A model generated the notes under the pieces. That model had not been told where the DNA came from and did not search any database. It was given only the letters and a program-made list of their open reading frames with translations. A stretch of 64,000 nucleotides of DNA from Candidatus Zhuqueibacterota bacterium. GTDB lineage: Bacteria; Zhuqueibacterota; Zhuqueibacteria; Thermofontimicrobiales; Thermofontimicrobiaceae. The stretch spans positions 456,567 to 520,566 of the forward strand of contig JBMOPW010000034.1 of the NCBI GenBank assembly GCA_049322915.1. Direction: 5' to 3'. Below are positions 35,516 to 45,516 of the stretch, piece after piece (position 1 is the first letter of the stretch; the number at the start of each line of letters is the position of its first letter). Both the position numbers and the translations under genes were made by a program.

Positions 35516-38203
35516 CTAATAACCGTACTTTTCCCTTCTTTTATTAAACGCCTCTTTACCACCTTCCAGCAATTTTTCCACTTCTATTTTTACTTTTGCA
35601 TCATCGATAGACGCGCCTGTGATGCACTTCATTAGCGAAACCGACTTGTCGCTGGCATGAAGAACGATCATCTGCTCAGCATCGCCCAGTACCGCCAGAT
35701 TGGCATCATGAGTGGCGACAATAAATTGCCGTTTTTCTTTCTCTCGCCTTAGTTTGGCTACAATATCACTGAAGATGAAACTCTTATCCAGGTCGTCCTC
35801 AGGTTGATCGATGATAAGCGGCTCATTATTCTCCAGTAAAATTAACGAAAGCAAAGCCGTACATTTTTGACCGACCGACAAATCATTTGTGGTTTTAAAA
35901 TTGGGTTTTTCTTTTGTACCGACATTTAAGGAAATGGTGATCTTTGTCGGAATCTCAAATTCCTCAAGATTGAAAAGCGCATCATCATCCAGTTTTTTGT
36001 AAAGCTGGGATGCTGCTGCCTCGGTAATTCCAAAGTTATGCATTAAAGAAGCTTCGCCTTCCCGAACAATATTGACAAAAAAGTCTGGCGTAAAGTTTTG
36101 ATGCTCGGTAATTCGGGCCAACTGCTGCTGATGAGCGCCTGTTTTATAGGACGCAAGAAGAATTACAAAATCATCCTTTAAACCCATGAAATCCAGTTTC
36201 ACTTTTAAAATACCCTGCAACATCATGTTGATTCGTTCTTCACAGATTTGGTCTTGCCTTCTGAAAATCTCACTCCGTTTCTCATTCAACTTCTGAAGAA
36301 GTGCAGCGCGTTCATGTTGCTTTTCTCTATACTGGTCTTGATACTTTTTTAAAGTTTCCTTTGTTTTTTCCTTTAACCGAATATCCTGTTCCAGTTTGAT
36401 ATATTCATCAGGGCTGAAGGTCTTCTCAATTTTTAATTCACGCAATTTCTGGTTATAAGCTTCTTCTTGTCTCTGGTAATTATCCTGCCACGCGTCCTTT
36501 AGCGTTTTTATCTTTTCCAGAGATAACAATGAGTTAATTTCTGATATCTTTTCATTTATCCTGCTTTCCGCGTCCGTTACATTTTCTTTTACTTCATCCA
36601 ATAGTGTTTTATTGATGAGATCGTTGCCCATTAAGTTAATAGCCGAAAAAAATTCTCTTCGAGACAAGTCGTTGAAGATATCCCTTGCTTCAGCCAGTTC
36701 TTCCTCAAACTCACTCCAGATCTCTTTTTCTTTTTCATAAATATTTTTTTCCCTGAAATGCTTTTCAATTTCCGAATCTTTGAACTTGTTCAGTCTCTGT
36801 TTGAGCTCCGCCAGATTGGAAATTTCCGATTCATACTCGGCGAACAATTTCTTGTTTTTTTGAATGTCAGCCCTGTTGGTTGCCAGCCTGGATTGTAACC
36901 TGTTTTTCACATCTTCAAGCTCTTTAATCTCAGCACTGTAAAATCGCTTTATCAAATTCAGTTGCGCTGATTGATCTTTGGAAAGTTCGAGTATTTCTTT
37001 CTGGCGGTAGATATCTATCTGTGGCAACAAATTTGTAGCAGCTATTCCATCAAAAATCTTCCTGGTGACAGGGTCTTTTACGATAGGACGGGATGGGTAC
37101 ACAGCTTCAACTAAATATTGGCGGTTCATCAGCCTGCTGTCCACAATTATCGAAACCTTTGAACCGGGCTTAAAAACTTCCTTTAAAATTTTATCGCTTT
37201 CATTGTTCAACGTTTCAACATCATTTTTATGCCCCAGAGCATATTTTAAAATCTCCAGAATGGTTGATTTACCCGTTCCCTTTCCACCAATGATACAATT
37301 CAGGCTATTGTTAAAATGGATTCCCAATCCATCGGTAAAACCGCCCTCTATTTTCATAGCGATTATCCGGGAATACTTTTCAGGATGATATCTTGATTGA
37401 TGACGAATACGGGATTCGGGATCGAGAAAAGCCTGACGTAAGCCTTCAATCGTTGGCGAACTCAATTTAAGATGGGAAGTACGCTTTCCAATATCATCCA
37501 AAGAACGAGCATCACTGGCTTCAATCACCGCAACCGCTTTATTGCCATAATTGGGATCTTTTCCTTCCAGAATTGTTTTCACACCAGCGTCGAGTTTTTC
37601 ATAGTGCGTGTTTACCTGGACAACAATCAGTTTTTCATAGTCATAATAGGAAGGCCGTTTCAGATTGCCCAGTAAACCATTAATTTTCTGCTCCACATGG
37701 GCAGGGATAATCAGCGCGTTGTAATTTTTTGCATCGTCCCGGTTTTGACAATATTCATCTTCAACTAATTTATATAGTTCATCAATAGTTTTAGAAGAAG
37801 GTTTAGGGGAACCGCTACCGTCAAAAGGTGTTTCAAGACCAATTTTAGCCAGAAACTTATTTATTCTTCCTTCATCGAAATCCCTGTCAAACAGCACCAA
37901 TAAATGAATACCTTCCTTTGTTGCGATTTCCAGTCCCGGAAATATAATGAGTTGTTGGTATTTACCCTCCAGATTCAGTTTCTGAAAAATGGAAAACCAG
38001 GAAGCCGTATTGTGATCGGTAATAGCAATGATGCCAATGTTTTCCTCCAACACTTTGTCTAAAAATTTTCTGGCAAATACCTTTTTTCTTTCTTCTGAAA
38101 TTAACGGCTCACCGGCTTTAAATTGCGCATCAGCCGGACTGTGCAAATGCAAATCAGTCTTATAAAAATTAGCGCCGTTCCTTAGTTTCAGGATTTCATC
38201 CAT
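35516..38203 (-). CDS. PHP phosphoesterase + ABC/SMC-like ATPase fusion (Ppl/TrlF-like, putative anti-phage)
   Basis: PHP motifs DLHLHS, ITDHN, GLE, IHLL, PAH, SDA; Walker A GGKGTGKST; long coiled coil; LSVGQ signature; IIDQPEDDLD; VATHD. Confidence 0.88.
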   Translation of the reverse strand: MDEILKLRNGANFYKTDLHLHSPADAQFKAGEPLISEERKKVFARKFLDKVLEENIGIIAITDHNTASWFSIFQKLNLEGKYQQLIIFPGLEIATKEGIHLLVLFDRDFDEGRINKFLAKIGLETPFDGSGSPKPSSKTIDELYKLVEDEYCQNRDDAKNYNALIIPAHVEQKINGLLGNLKRPSYYDYEKLIVVQVNTHYEKLDAGVKTILEGKDPNYGNKAVAVIEASDARSLDDIGKRTSHLKLSSPTIEGLRQAFLDPESRIRHQSRYHPEKYSRIIAMKIEGGFTDGLGIHFNNSLNCIIGGKGTGKSTILEILKYALGHKNDVETLNNESDKILKEVFKPGSKVSIIVDSRLMNRQYLVEAVYPSRPIVKDPVTRKIFDGIAATNLLPQIDIYRQKEILELSKDQSAQLNLIKRFYSAEIKELEDVKNRLQSRLATNRADIQKNKKLFAEYESEISNLAELKQRLNKFKDSEIEKHFREKNIYEKEKEIWSEFEEELAEARDIFNDLSRREFFSAINLMGNDLINKTLLDEVKENVTDAESRINEKISEINSLLSLEKIKTLKDAWQDNYQRQEEAYNQKLRELKIEKTFSPDEYIKLEQDIRLKEKTKETLKKYQDQYREKQHERAALLQKLNEKRSEIFRRQDQICEERINMMLQGILKVKLDFMGLKDDFVILLASYKTGAHQQQLARITEHQNFTPDFFVNIVREGEASLMHNFGITEAAASQLYKKLDDDALFNLEEFEIPTKITISLNVGTKEKPNFKTTNDLSVGQKCTALLSLILLENNEPLIIDQPEDDLDKSFIFSDIVAKLRREKEKRQFIVATHDANLAVLGDAEQMIVLHASDKSVSLMKCITGASIDDAKVKIEVEKLLEGGKEAFNKRREKYGY

Positions 38204-38605
38204 GTTTATCTCCGCTTGACTGGCGACTTTTGTTCATATCGAAAGGAATTTTTAGCTCCTGAAGAACATAGATAAATGTCGCATCATTCAAAAACACGCT
38301 TCTCACTTTACTGAACCCGTTCTAAACCAACTGGCACTCAGCACGGCAAACATCATTCTTTTCTTCCTCACTCTGGTTTAACATTCCGCACCATTCACCC
38401 AGCGCCGCAGTCGGGACAATGTTTCGTTGTATCTTCCAGAAGTTATCTTTCTAATTCATCTGGCGCAAACCATATCAAGGATTTCCATTTCTTTTCGTAT
38501 TCAGAAAAATTGATGATCAGTGTAATCCCAATTCTTCGGCTGCCAATTTTTCCTTCGAGGCGTCAGGCCCGGCATTGCTCGGCGCGAATGACCCGACCGA
38601 TTGGC

Positions 38606-39970
38606 TCAGCACTCCTGTTTCAGTTTATATTTTATTATTTTATCGTACAACGTCTTTCGGTCAATTCCCAATATCTGCGCGGATTTCGTCCTGTTCCATT
38701 GCGTCTGCTCCAGCACATTCAAAATGTGGGATCGCTCGACCTGATCCAGGCGTTGTAAGTCCGACCGTGTCACAGACTCGGTTGGTTTCTGGCTGCGAAG
38801 ATGCGACGGCAGACTGGATGGCGAAATTACGTCGCAATCTTCAATGACCACCGCCCGCTCCACGACATTCTCCAGTTCCCGCACGTTGCCGGGCCAGGCA
38901 TAGTCCATGAATACTTTTTCCACGACAGGGGAAAAACCCTGAAAATTACGTCGCCGTTTGTGATTGTACCTGGCCAGAAAATGCTCTGCCAGCGCCATGA
39001 TGTCATCCTTCCGCTCCTTCAACGCGGGCAGGTGAATCGGGATCACGCTGATTCGGTAGAACAGGTCTTCGCGAAACGCACCTTGCTCCACTGCCTGGCG
39101 CAGGTCTTTGTTCGTAGCGGCAATCACCCGGACATCCACCTTGATCGTCTCCGTGGCGCCGACGCGCTTTATCTCTTTCTCCTGAATAGCTCGCAATATT
39201 TTGGCCTGAATGTTGAGCGAGATATTGCCTATCTCGTCGAAGAAGAATGTCCCGCCATTCGCCAACTCAAAGCTGCCATGCTTGGTCGCGATCGCGCCGG
39301 TGAACGAGCCTTTCACGTGGCCGAATAATTCGCTCTCGAACAACGTCTCCACCAGACTGCTGCAATCGACGGTGAGAAACGGTTTATCCCGGCGCAGGCT
39401 GTTGAAATGGATGGCCCTGGCGATCAATTCTTTGCCGGTCCCGGTCTCGCCGCTGATCAGAACGGTGCTGTCCGTCGGCGCGACTTTTTGCACCAGTTCA
39501 TAGATTTCCATCATCCGCGCGCTCTCCCCGATGATGGTCTCCACCTGGCCGTCCCGATGAAATTGAAGCGGCTGAGCGCCCCCGCTATTCAGAATGCCAT
39601 TCTTCTCGACAATCTTGTCGATGATCTGCCGGATGCTCTCCAGTGAAAACGGTTTTGAAATATAGTCGTAAGCGCCATTCTTGATCGCAGAGACGGCTGT
39701 CTCCACGGTGCCGTACCCGGTGATGATGACCACATCGGTGCGCGGATGATTCTTTCGAATGAAATGAAGCACGTCCATCCCTCCCATCTTTGGCATTTTC
39801 AAATCAATAAATGCCAGATCAAACGGAAGCTGCGCCATCGCATCCAGCGCTTGTTTTCCGTCCGACACGAGAGTGCTGCGATGATGATCCTTTTCAAATA
39901 CTTTTTTCAACGAAAAACGAATGGACTCATCGTCGTCGGCGACCAATATATTCAAGCCATTTTTCATCAT
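38606..39970 (-). CDS. Sigma-54-dependent NtrC-family response regulator
   Basis: REC (VADDD, DLKMP, KP); GETGTGKE; ESELFGHVKGSFTGA; WPGNVRELEN; Fis-type HTH. Confidence 0.95.
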   Translation of the reverse strand: MMKNGLNILVADDDESIRFSLKKVFEKDHHRSTLVSDGKQALDAMAQLPFDLAFIDLKMPKMGGMDVLHFIRKNHPRTDVVIITGYGTVETAVSAIKNGAYDYISKPFSLESIRQIIDKIVEKNGILNSGGAQPLQFHRDGQVETIIGESARMMEIYELVQKVAPTDSTVLISGETGTGKELIARAIHFNSLRRDKPFLTVDCSSLVETLFESELFGHVKGSFTGAIATKHGSFELANGGTFFFDEIGNISLNIQAKILRAIQEKEIKRVGATETIKVDVRVIAATNKDLRQAVEQGAFREDLFYRISVIPIHLPALKERKDDIMALAEHFLARYNHKRRRNFQGFSPVVEKVFMDYAWPGNVRELENVVERAVVIEDCDVISPSSLPSHLRSQKPTESVTRSDLQRLDQVERSHILNVLEQTQWNRTKSAQILGIDRKTLYDKIIKYKLKQEC

Positions 39971-40162
39971 ACCTGCGATCAATTAAAAGACACCAGGTTC
40001 ACCTATCGACCCCGGTGTGTATGCTGCCATGATTTCTGCCGACGCGCACGTCGGTTTCTCCCTATCCCGAAACGTCTGCGTCTCTGCAATTCGAATACTC
40101 CCCCGCGGACCGCCGCTGCCGCAACGCGAAAGATCCGCCGACGGAGTATTAAAATTGAGCAG

Positions 40163-40519
40163 TCATCGTTTGGGTTCGCAACCGGCCACAATCTTGTGGG
40201 TGCGTTTTTCAGGCAAAAGCAGTTCGTTCTGCTCCACCTGGTCGCGCACCTGGGTGATGATTTTATTCATCTTTCTGAATCGCACTGTCCCAATATATCC
40301 GGTGATCACGCCGGCTGGAATGCAACTGATGCCAAATATCCAGAACCAGAACGCTACGGAGAAATGCATGATCGTCACACCGGCAATAACCAGCGCCATA
40401 CCGGAGCGAAGATATGCCAGTAACGTCCTCTCATTGGCCAGCAATGTCCGATCCAATGCCAGCTCGTCCCGAAGGATTAAATCATTTCGGTCGAATCGCG
40501 AATAGGGTGTATCTTTCAT
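40163..40519 (-). CDS. DUF202 (YidH-like) membrane protein
   Basis: LRDELALDRTLLANERTLLAYLRS plus two TM segments; GAGG RBS. Confidence 0.88.
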   Translation of the reverse strand: MKDTPYSRFDRNDLILRDELALDRTLLANERTLLAYLRSGMALVIAGVTIMHFSVAFWFWIFGISCIPAGVITGYIGTVRFRKMNKIITQVRDQVEQNELLLPEKRTHKIVAGCEPKR

Positions 40520-40769
40520 AACAACCTCACCTCCCCAAATTACTTCCTCACCCGCTTTCTGAAATTGGAAAACAGCGGTACAACTATCATTGTTACGGTC
40601 GCGGCTGAAGTGTCGCTGCCGCAGCGCTCTCCTTTAAAGTCTCACTCCAAAACACTCATTATTAAAGTGAAATACCTGTCGTGAATCCCTGGCTTTCATC
40701 CAGGGGCGAGCCAATGAAACGCCAACCCATCTTCATAAACAGCGGGACTGGACGGGCATCATGACCATC

Positions 40770-42761
40770 TCACTGTTTTATATTAATATTGACCACCGGG
40801 ATCTTTATCGTAAATGTCGTCCCCTCGTTTTCTTTACTTTTAACCGTCATGCGTCCGTGATGTTTCGTGACAATGCCGTAAGCAATAGCCAGTCCGAGGC
40901 CGGTGCCTTCGCCCACTTCTTTGGTTGTGAAAAACGGATCGAAAATTCTATCGATGAGTTGCTCGGGAATGCCGATGCCGTTATCCGTCACTTCGATGAC
41001 GACCATATCATTTTTCTGATCATGTTGGGTGGTGATCGTCAATACGCCGATTTCCTTCATCGCCTGCACCGCATTGAGAATGATATTCATAAAAACCTGT
41101 TGCAGTTGCGAGCCGTCGCCCAGAATATGGGGCAGGTCATTGGCTAACAATTTTATAACTTCGATATTGTGAAACAGAGCCTGCTTTTCGATCAGCGACA
41201 GCGTATTGTTCAGCACGTCATTAACCTGGACGTACTCTGTCTTGCCCTCTTCCTGACGGGAGAACTGGAGCAGCCCTTTGACGATATCGCGGCAGCGCAT
41301 GGTCTGTTTGATCACTTCCTGCAAATTCTCCCGGTGCGGGTCGTCGGACTTCATGTCTTCCAGCGCCAGGGAACTCAGCACCAGAATCCCGCCCAGCGGA
41401 TTGTTGATTTCATGAGCAATGCCCGCCGCCAATTTTCCCAGGGACGCCAATCGCTGGGATTGCATCAGCGTATTTTGCATCACCGCCAGTTCTTCGGTTC
41501 GCTCTTTCACTTTTTGCTCAAGCAAATTCCCCCACTCTTCCAACTCCAGCCGCATCTTTCGCAGTCGCGTGACCATCTGATTGAACGATTGTCCCAGATG
41601 CCCAATCTCATCGGCGGATTCGATCTTCACCTCGCGGTCGAGATCGCCCATTCCGATGGATTTTGTCACTTCCACCATTTCACTCAACGGTCGCGTGATG
41701 GATCGCGTGAGCAGGTAGCTAATCACAATGATCACGACAAAACCAACGGTGGCAATGCTAAAAAACGCCAGGATCACCTTGTTGCGGACAGAGATGTAGG
41801 TCTTTTCCAACTGGCCGACATGCATGATGCCGATGATATTTCCCTCGTAATTGCGAATGGGTTCATAATCGCAGAGATACCAATCATCCACCACAAACGA
41901 GCGGCCTGTCCACAATCTCCCCTGGTGCAAGACCGACTGCGCCACATCATCCGGGACTCGGGTACCCACGGCGCGCTGCCCTTCGGCGCTTTTCACATTG
42001 GTCGATATTTTCACATCATTCATAAATATGGTGACAGTGCCGATCTCGGTATTCTGAAATTTCCCCCCTTTGTACACCAATTCCCAGGTGCGGTCGACGA
42101 TTTGAAAATTATTGTTCAGTAAAATACCGCCGTAAAGCGCGCCCCTCGCTCCCTGTGCATTGAATCGCACCGGCGAAGCAGCAATGAGCGTGAGTCCGGA
42201 GGTCTCTTCGGTTTGGCCCGGAACCTGATTATTGGGTGATGACGGAATTTTTATGACGGACTGTGCGGCGAGCGATGGATCTTCATTTTTCAGCACTGTC
42301 TGCGGCAAGATTTCTGTCGAAGTCACGATATCGCCGTGCAATGCGGCGCGCACCGGAGAAAGCGATAATACATCATCGCCGAGCACGGCCGAATTAGGCG
42401 TTCGAAGCAGCACCTGTCCCTTTGAATCTGTCAATGTCAAAAAATCGAGGTGATATTCGTTGCGGATTCTTTCCAGATACTGAAGCAATTCATTCTTTTG
42501 AATTTCGGAAAAGGCGTCCGGCAGGGTTCGTTCGTAAAGCGCAAGATGAACTGCATAAGAAATTTTTTCCAGTTGTTGCTGATACACCATTCGCGCCGTA
42601 TCCAGATCGCGGTGGACTTTGCTCATGGCCTGATTAAAAATGGTCGTGGTGACGATGTTCGTTCCGACATACGACGTGATGATACCGCCGGCGCCCATGA
42701 TGATGACATAGATGATCGAAATTCTGACGCGAAGGGAAAATTTAGTCAAGAGCGATAGCAC
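40770..42761 (-). CDS. Cache-HAMP sensor histidine kinase
   Basis: Two TMs around a Cache-like domain ([11 protein letters not shown]...RAVGT); [15 protein letters not shown] box; [14 protein letters not shown]. Confidence 0.93.
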   Translation of the reverse strand: MLSLLTKFSLRVRISIIYVIIMGAGGIITSYVGTNIVTTTIFNQAMSKVHRDLDTARMVYQQQLEKISYAVHLALYERTLPDAFSEIQKNELLQYLERIRNEYHLDFLTLTDSKGQVLLRTPNSAVLGDDVLSLSPVRAALHGDIVTSTEILPQTVLKNEDPSLAAQSVIKIPSSPNNQVPGQTEETSGLTLIAASPVRFNAQGARGALYGGILLNNNFQIVDRTWELVYKGGKFQNTEIGTVTIFMNDVKISTNVKSAEGQRAVGTRVPDDVAQSVLHQGRLWTGRSFVVDDWYLCDYEPIRNYEGNIIGIMHVGQLEKTYISVRNKVILAFFSIATVGFVVIIVISYLLTRSITRPLSEMVEVTKSIGMGDLDREVKIESADEIGHLGQSFNQMVTRLRKMRLELEEWGNLLEQKVKERTEELAVMQNTLMQSQRLASLGKLAAGIAHEINNPLGGILVLSSLALEDMKSDDPHRENLQEVIKQTMRCRDIVKGLLQFSRQEEGKTEYVQVNDVLNNTLSLIEKQALFHNIEVIKLLANDLPHILGDGSQLQQVFMNIILNAVQAMKEIGVLTITTQHDQKNDMVVIEVTDNGIGIPEQLIDRIFDPFFTTKEVGEGTGLGLAIAYGIVTKHHGRMTVKSKENEGTTFTIKIPVVNINIKQ

Positions 42762-42809
42762 AAATGAACTCCTTGAAATTGAATTGTTTCGTACAATGAA
42801 AGACGATAA

Positions 42810-43925
42810 TCATAGAACCTGAGCGGGTAATTTCACGATGAATATGGTGCCAACTCCCTTCTTGCTTTTTACATCGATACTGCCAGCTAATTCTTTGGCG
42901 ATTTTTTTACAGATCGGCAGTCCCAACCCGGTACCGGGGATATTCTTTGTATTCTCGTCCTTCACCCGATAGAACTCTTCGAAAATCAGGGGAAGCTGGT
43001 CTTCGGAGATGCCAATCCCATTGTCTTCGACGCAGATGGTTATTTCATTGCCATTGCACTCGCCATAGATTCTGACAGATCCATCCCGGCGACCATATTT
43101 TATCGCATTGACAATGAGATTCGAGAACAGCATTTTGAGGCATTCGGTCTGCGCGTTCACCGCTGGCAGGTGCTGATCCAGTTGCGAGAGCAATGTGATA
43201 TTCGCTGCCCGCGCTTGTTCATTGTACGTTAGCAATATTTCATCGATCAACGGAGGAATCGACACGGCGCTCAGGCAAGCGACAAATTGGCCGCTCTCGA
43301 TTTTGGAGATGGTGAGCCAATCCCGGATCATGCAAAGCAGTTCCTGCACCCGAACCGTGGAGCGTTCTATCCATTCTCGCTGCAACGTTGCTTTATTCGG
43401 GGTATCGGGCAAATGCAGCAGGACATCCAGATATTGCTGCACCGCCACCAGTGGAGATTGTAATTGGTGAGAGACAAAGGTAATGAAGCGGCGTTCCAGG
43501 TTCTCCTTCTCTTTTTTCAATTGCCTGGATCGTTCGGCCAACTGACTTCGCTCGATGCCTCGATTGACAATGAGGCGTAATTCGTCCGGAGTAAAAGGCT
43601 TGGGCAGGAAGTCGTATGCGCCTGTTTTCATCGCCTCGACGGCCGTGCCAATTGTGGCATACCCGGTGATGACAACGATACAAATATTCGGGTCCATGCT
43701 GTGAACGCGGGCAATCACCTCCAGCCCACCAATTTTCGGCATTTTCAAATCCACAACCAGCAGATCCGGCTTTTGTACCTGGATGCGCTCCAGTCCCAAA
43801 ATGCCATCTTCGAACGTCTCGACCGCGAATCCTTCTTTTTCCAATATTTTCAAACAAGAGAGTCGCATGACAGGATCATCATCGATCACGAAAATCCTGA
43901 CTTTTTCATTTTGCTCATGTTTCAT
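42810..43925 (-). CDS. Hybrid receiver-histidine kinase (REC-HisKA-HATPase)
   Basis: IDDD, DLKMP, PKPF; FVSHQLQSPL; NLIVNAIKY; DNGIGI; GTGLGL. Confidence 0.92.
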   Translation of the reverse strand: MKHEQNEKVRIFVIDDDPVMRLSCLKILEKEGFAVETFEDGILGLERIQVQKPDLLVVDLKMPKIGGLEVIARVHSMDPNICIVVITGYATIGTAVEAMKTGAYDFLPKPFTPDELRLIVNRGIERSQLAERSRQLKKEKENLERRFITFVSHQLQSPLVAVQQYLDVLLHLPDTPNKATLQREWIERSTVRVQELLCMIRDWLTISKIESGQFVACLSAVSIPPLIDEILLTYNEQARAANITLLSQLDQHLPAVNAQTECLKMLFSNLIVNAIKYGRRDGSVRIYGECNGNEITICVEDNGIGISEDQLPLIFEEFYRVKDENTKNIPGTGLGLPICKKIAKELAGSIDVKSKKGVGTIFIVKLPAQVL

Positions 43926-44004
43926 GAATCGTATCTCAACCTATCGTTAACTCGCGGTTCACCTGAACAACAACGAGGCGTTCTATTGTGCCCAACTAAT
44001 AATT

Positions 44005-44141
44005 ATATGAATGACCAGTTAAAATTTCAGCGCCTACATTTTTATTAATGGACATACGCGTCGTGGACGGTCGCCACCGTCCACTACAGATACAAAAAAG
44101 TATCCAATTTATTGCACATGCTTTCAACTGGTCATTCATAT
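44005..44141. mobile_element. 137-bp MITE-like element with perfect 16-bp TIRs enclosing a GTAG-type REP hairpin
   Basis: atatgaatgaccagtt (44005-44020) / aactggtcattcatat (44126-44141); flanking taatt at 44000-44004 and 44142-44146; internal gtggacggt-cgcc-accgtccac-tac. Confidence 0.72.
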
Positions 44142-44333
44142 TAATTCGAGAATGTAGTTGTTAAACAACAATCTTCAGTTACCGGGTTTCATTCATTTGG
44201 TGACAGGATAATTCCATCTGAACATGCTGATTTTCTTGTCGCTGAACGCGAATCGCTTCTTTCAGCTATTAGTTATCTGTGATTCAGATATCGTTTTTTG
44301 GAATTTGCAGCATTTCAATTTACAAATTCAGGT

Positions 44334-44741
44334 CTACTGGTTCAATAGTTTTTCTATCAGGCTCAGGAATTTCGGAATGTCCACTGGCTTGGTGAAATAA
44401 TAGTCCGGCATGATCATATCCACCTGCCCGGCAGCAGCCGGGAAGCGGGAGAGCGGATCCTCCTGAATTGAAGACACCATCAGAATGGGCATGTTTTTGA
44501 AATCTTCATATTCCTGTTGAAATTTAATCACCTGGTTCAGCAGGTATCCCTCGTCAATCGTCTCCATCATAATGTCCAGAATGATGAGGTCCGGTTTGTC
44601 AGATTTTAGACGTTGCAGACCCTGCTTCCCGGATTCCGCTTCAGTGACCTTGTAGTCATTACTTTCAAGAAGAGTGCGAATGGAAATACGAAAATCTTCA
44701 TCATCATCGATGATTAATATTTTTTTACGTTCAGCCATCAT
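44334..44741 (-). CDS. Single-domain response regulator
   Basis: IIDDDED, LIILDIMM, MVSS, TKPVD. Confidence 0.92.
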   Translation of the reverse strand: MMAERKKILIIDDDEDFRISIRTLLESNDYKVTEAESGKQGLQRLKSDKPDLIILDIMMETIDEGYLLNQVIKFQQEYEDFKNMPILMVSSIQEDPLSRFPAAAGQVDMIMPDYYFTKPVDIPKFLSLIEKLLNQ

Positions 44742-44770
44742 GGTCTCCAATGTTTGGTACGGTTATTTAT

Positions 44771-45133
44771 TTATTGATCAGCCCATTTTAAGGCGACTAA
44801 AAGCCGAGCCAGTTCACGGTCCTGCGCGTTGACACAGTGCTTTTCGCAGGCAGCCATGGTATCCCGCGTATTGCAATGCTCATTGCATTGCTCTGTGCCA
44901 TAGAGATCCTGGGTGTATTCAAATTCTCGCCTCAGCAGATGACGGAGCTTCGGTGTTAAAACAGAAATAGTGCTTCCACACCCGCGATGCTCAAAAATAA
45001 TGCAGTTCGCATCCGGGTGACCGGGAATCACTTGTAGCCATAACACTTTTACATCTTTATCATAGATAAAATCATCGACTGTATTCCATACGTGCTTACA
45101 TGCGCCGCAGGTTTTGAATGGTTTATTTGCCAT
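44771..45133 (-). CDS. Cys/His-rich hypothetical protein (putative metal/Fe-S binding)
   Basis: CGAC, HRGCGST, CNEHC, CEKHC in 120 aa; first gene of the signalling cluster. Confidence 0.7.
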   Translation of the reverse strand: MANKPFKTCGACKHVWNTVDDFIYDKDVKVLWLQVIPGHPDANCIIFEHRGCGSTISVLTPKLRHLLRREFEYTQDLYGTEQCNEHCNTRDTMAACEKHCVNAQDRELARLLVALKWADQ

Positions 45134-45443
45134 CTATTTACGGTCTACTCGCGATTTGGTAAATTTCATCAGGCTTTGGCGGCGGTTCATTTTTTCATCG
45201 GAACAGCATATTTATCCATTTCCCGATTCCGTCGTCTTGAAATGATTGCAGATATATCACTGAAAATCTAACTGCTCGACCAGAATTCGTTTCTTTTCGT
45301 TCGAAAAAAAATACTTAATAAATATGAAAAAGTCAAGGTATTTTAAGGGTCTAACCGCACTTTTTTCAAGCGCTCCAGCGCGGCTATTTCACCAATTCCG
45401 GCATGGAGAAGCGCGTCGAACTGGATCAATGATTTTTTCACAT

Positions 45444-45485
45444 CAAAAAAAATGACCAATCACAAAAATGCTGTGACTGGTCATT
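45444..45485 (-). terminator. Terminator of the 805-aa secreted protein gene
   Basis: aatgaccaatcac / gtgactggtcatt stem next to an A-run (T-tail on the minus strand). Confidence 0.65.
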
Positions 45486-45516
45486 CGAAACAGCCCCATG
45501 AAAAAGCGAGATCGAA

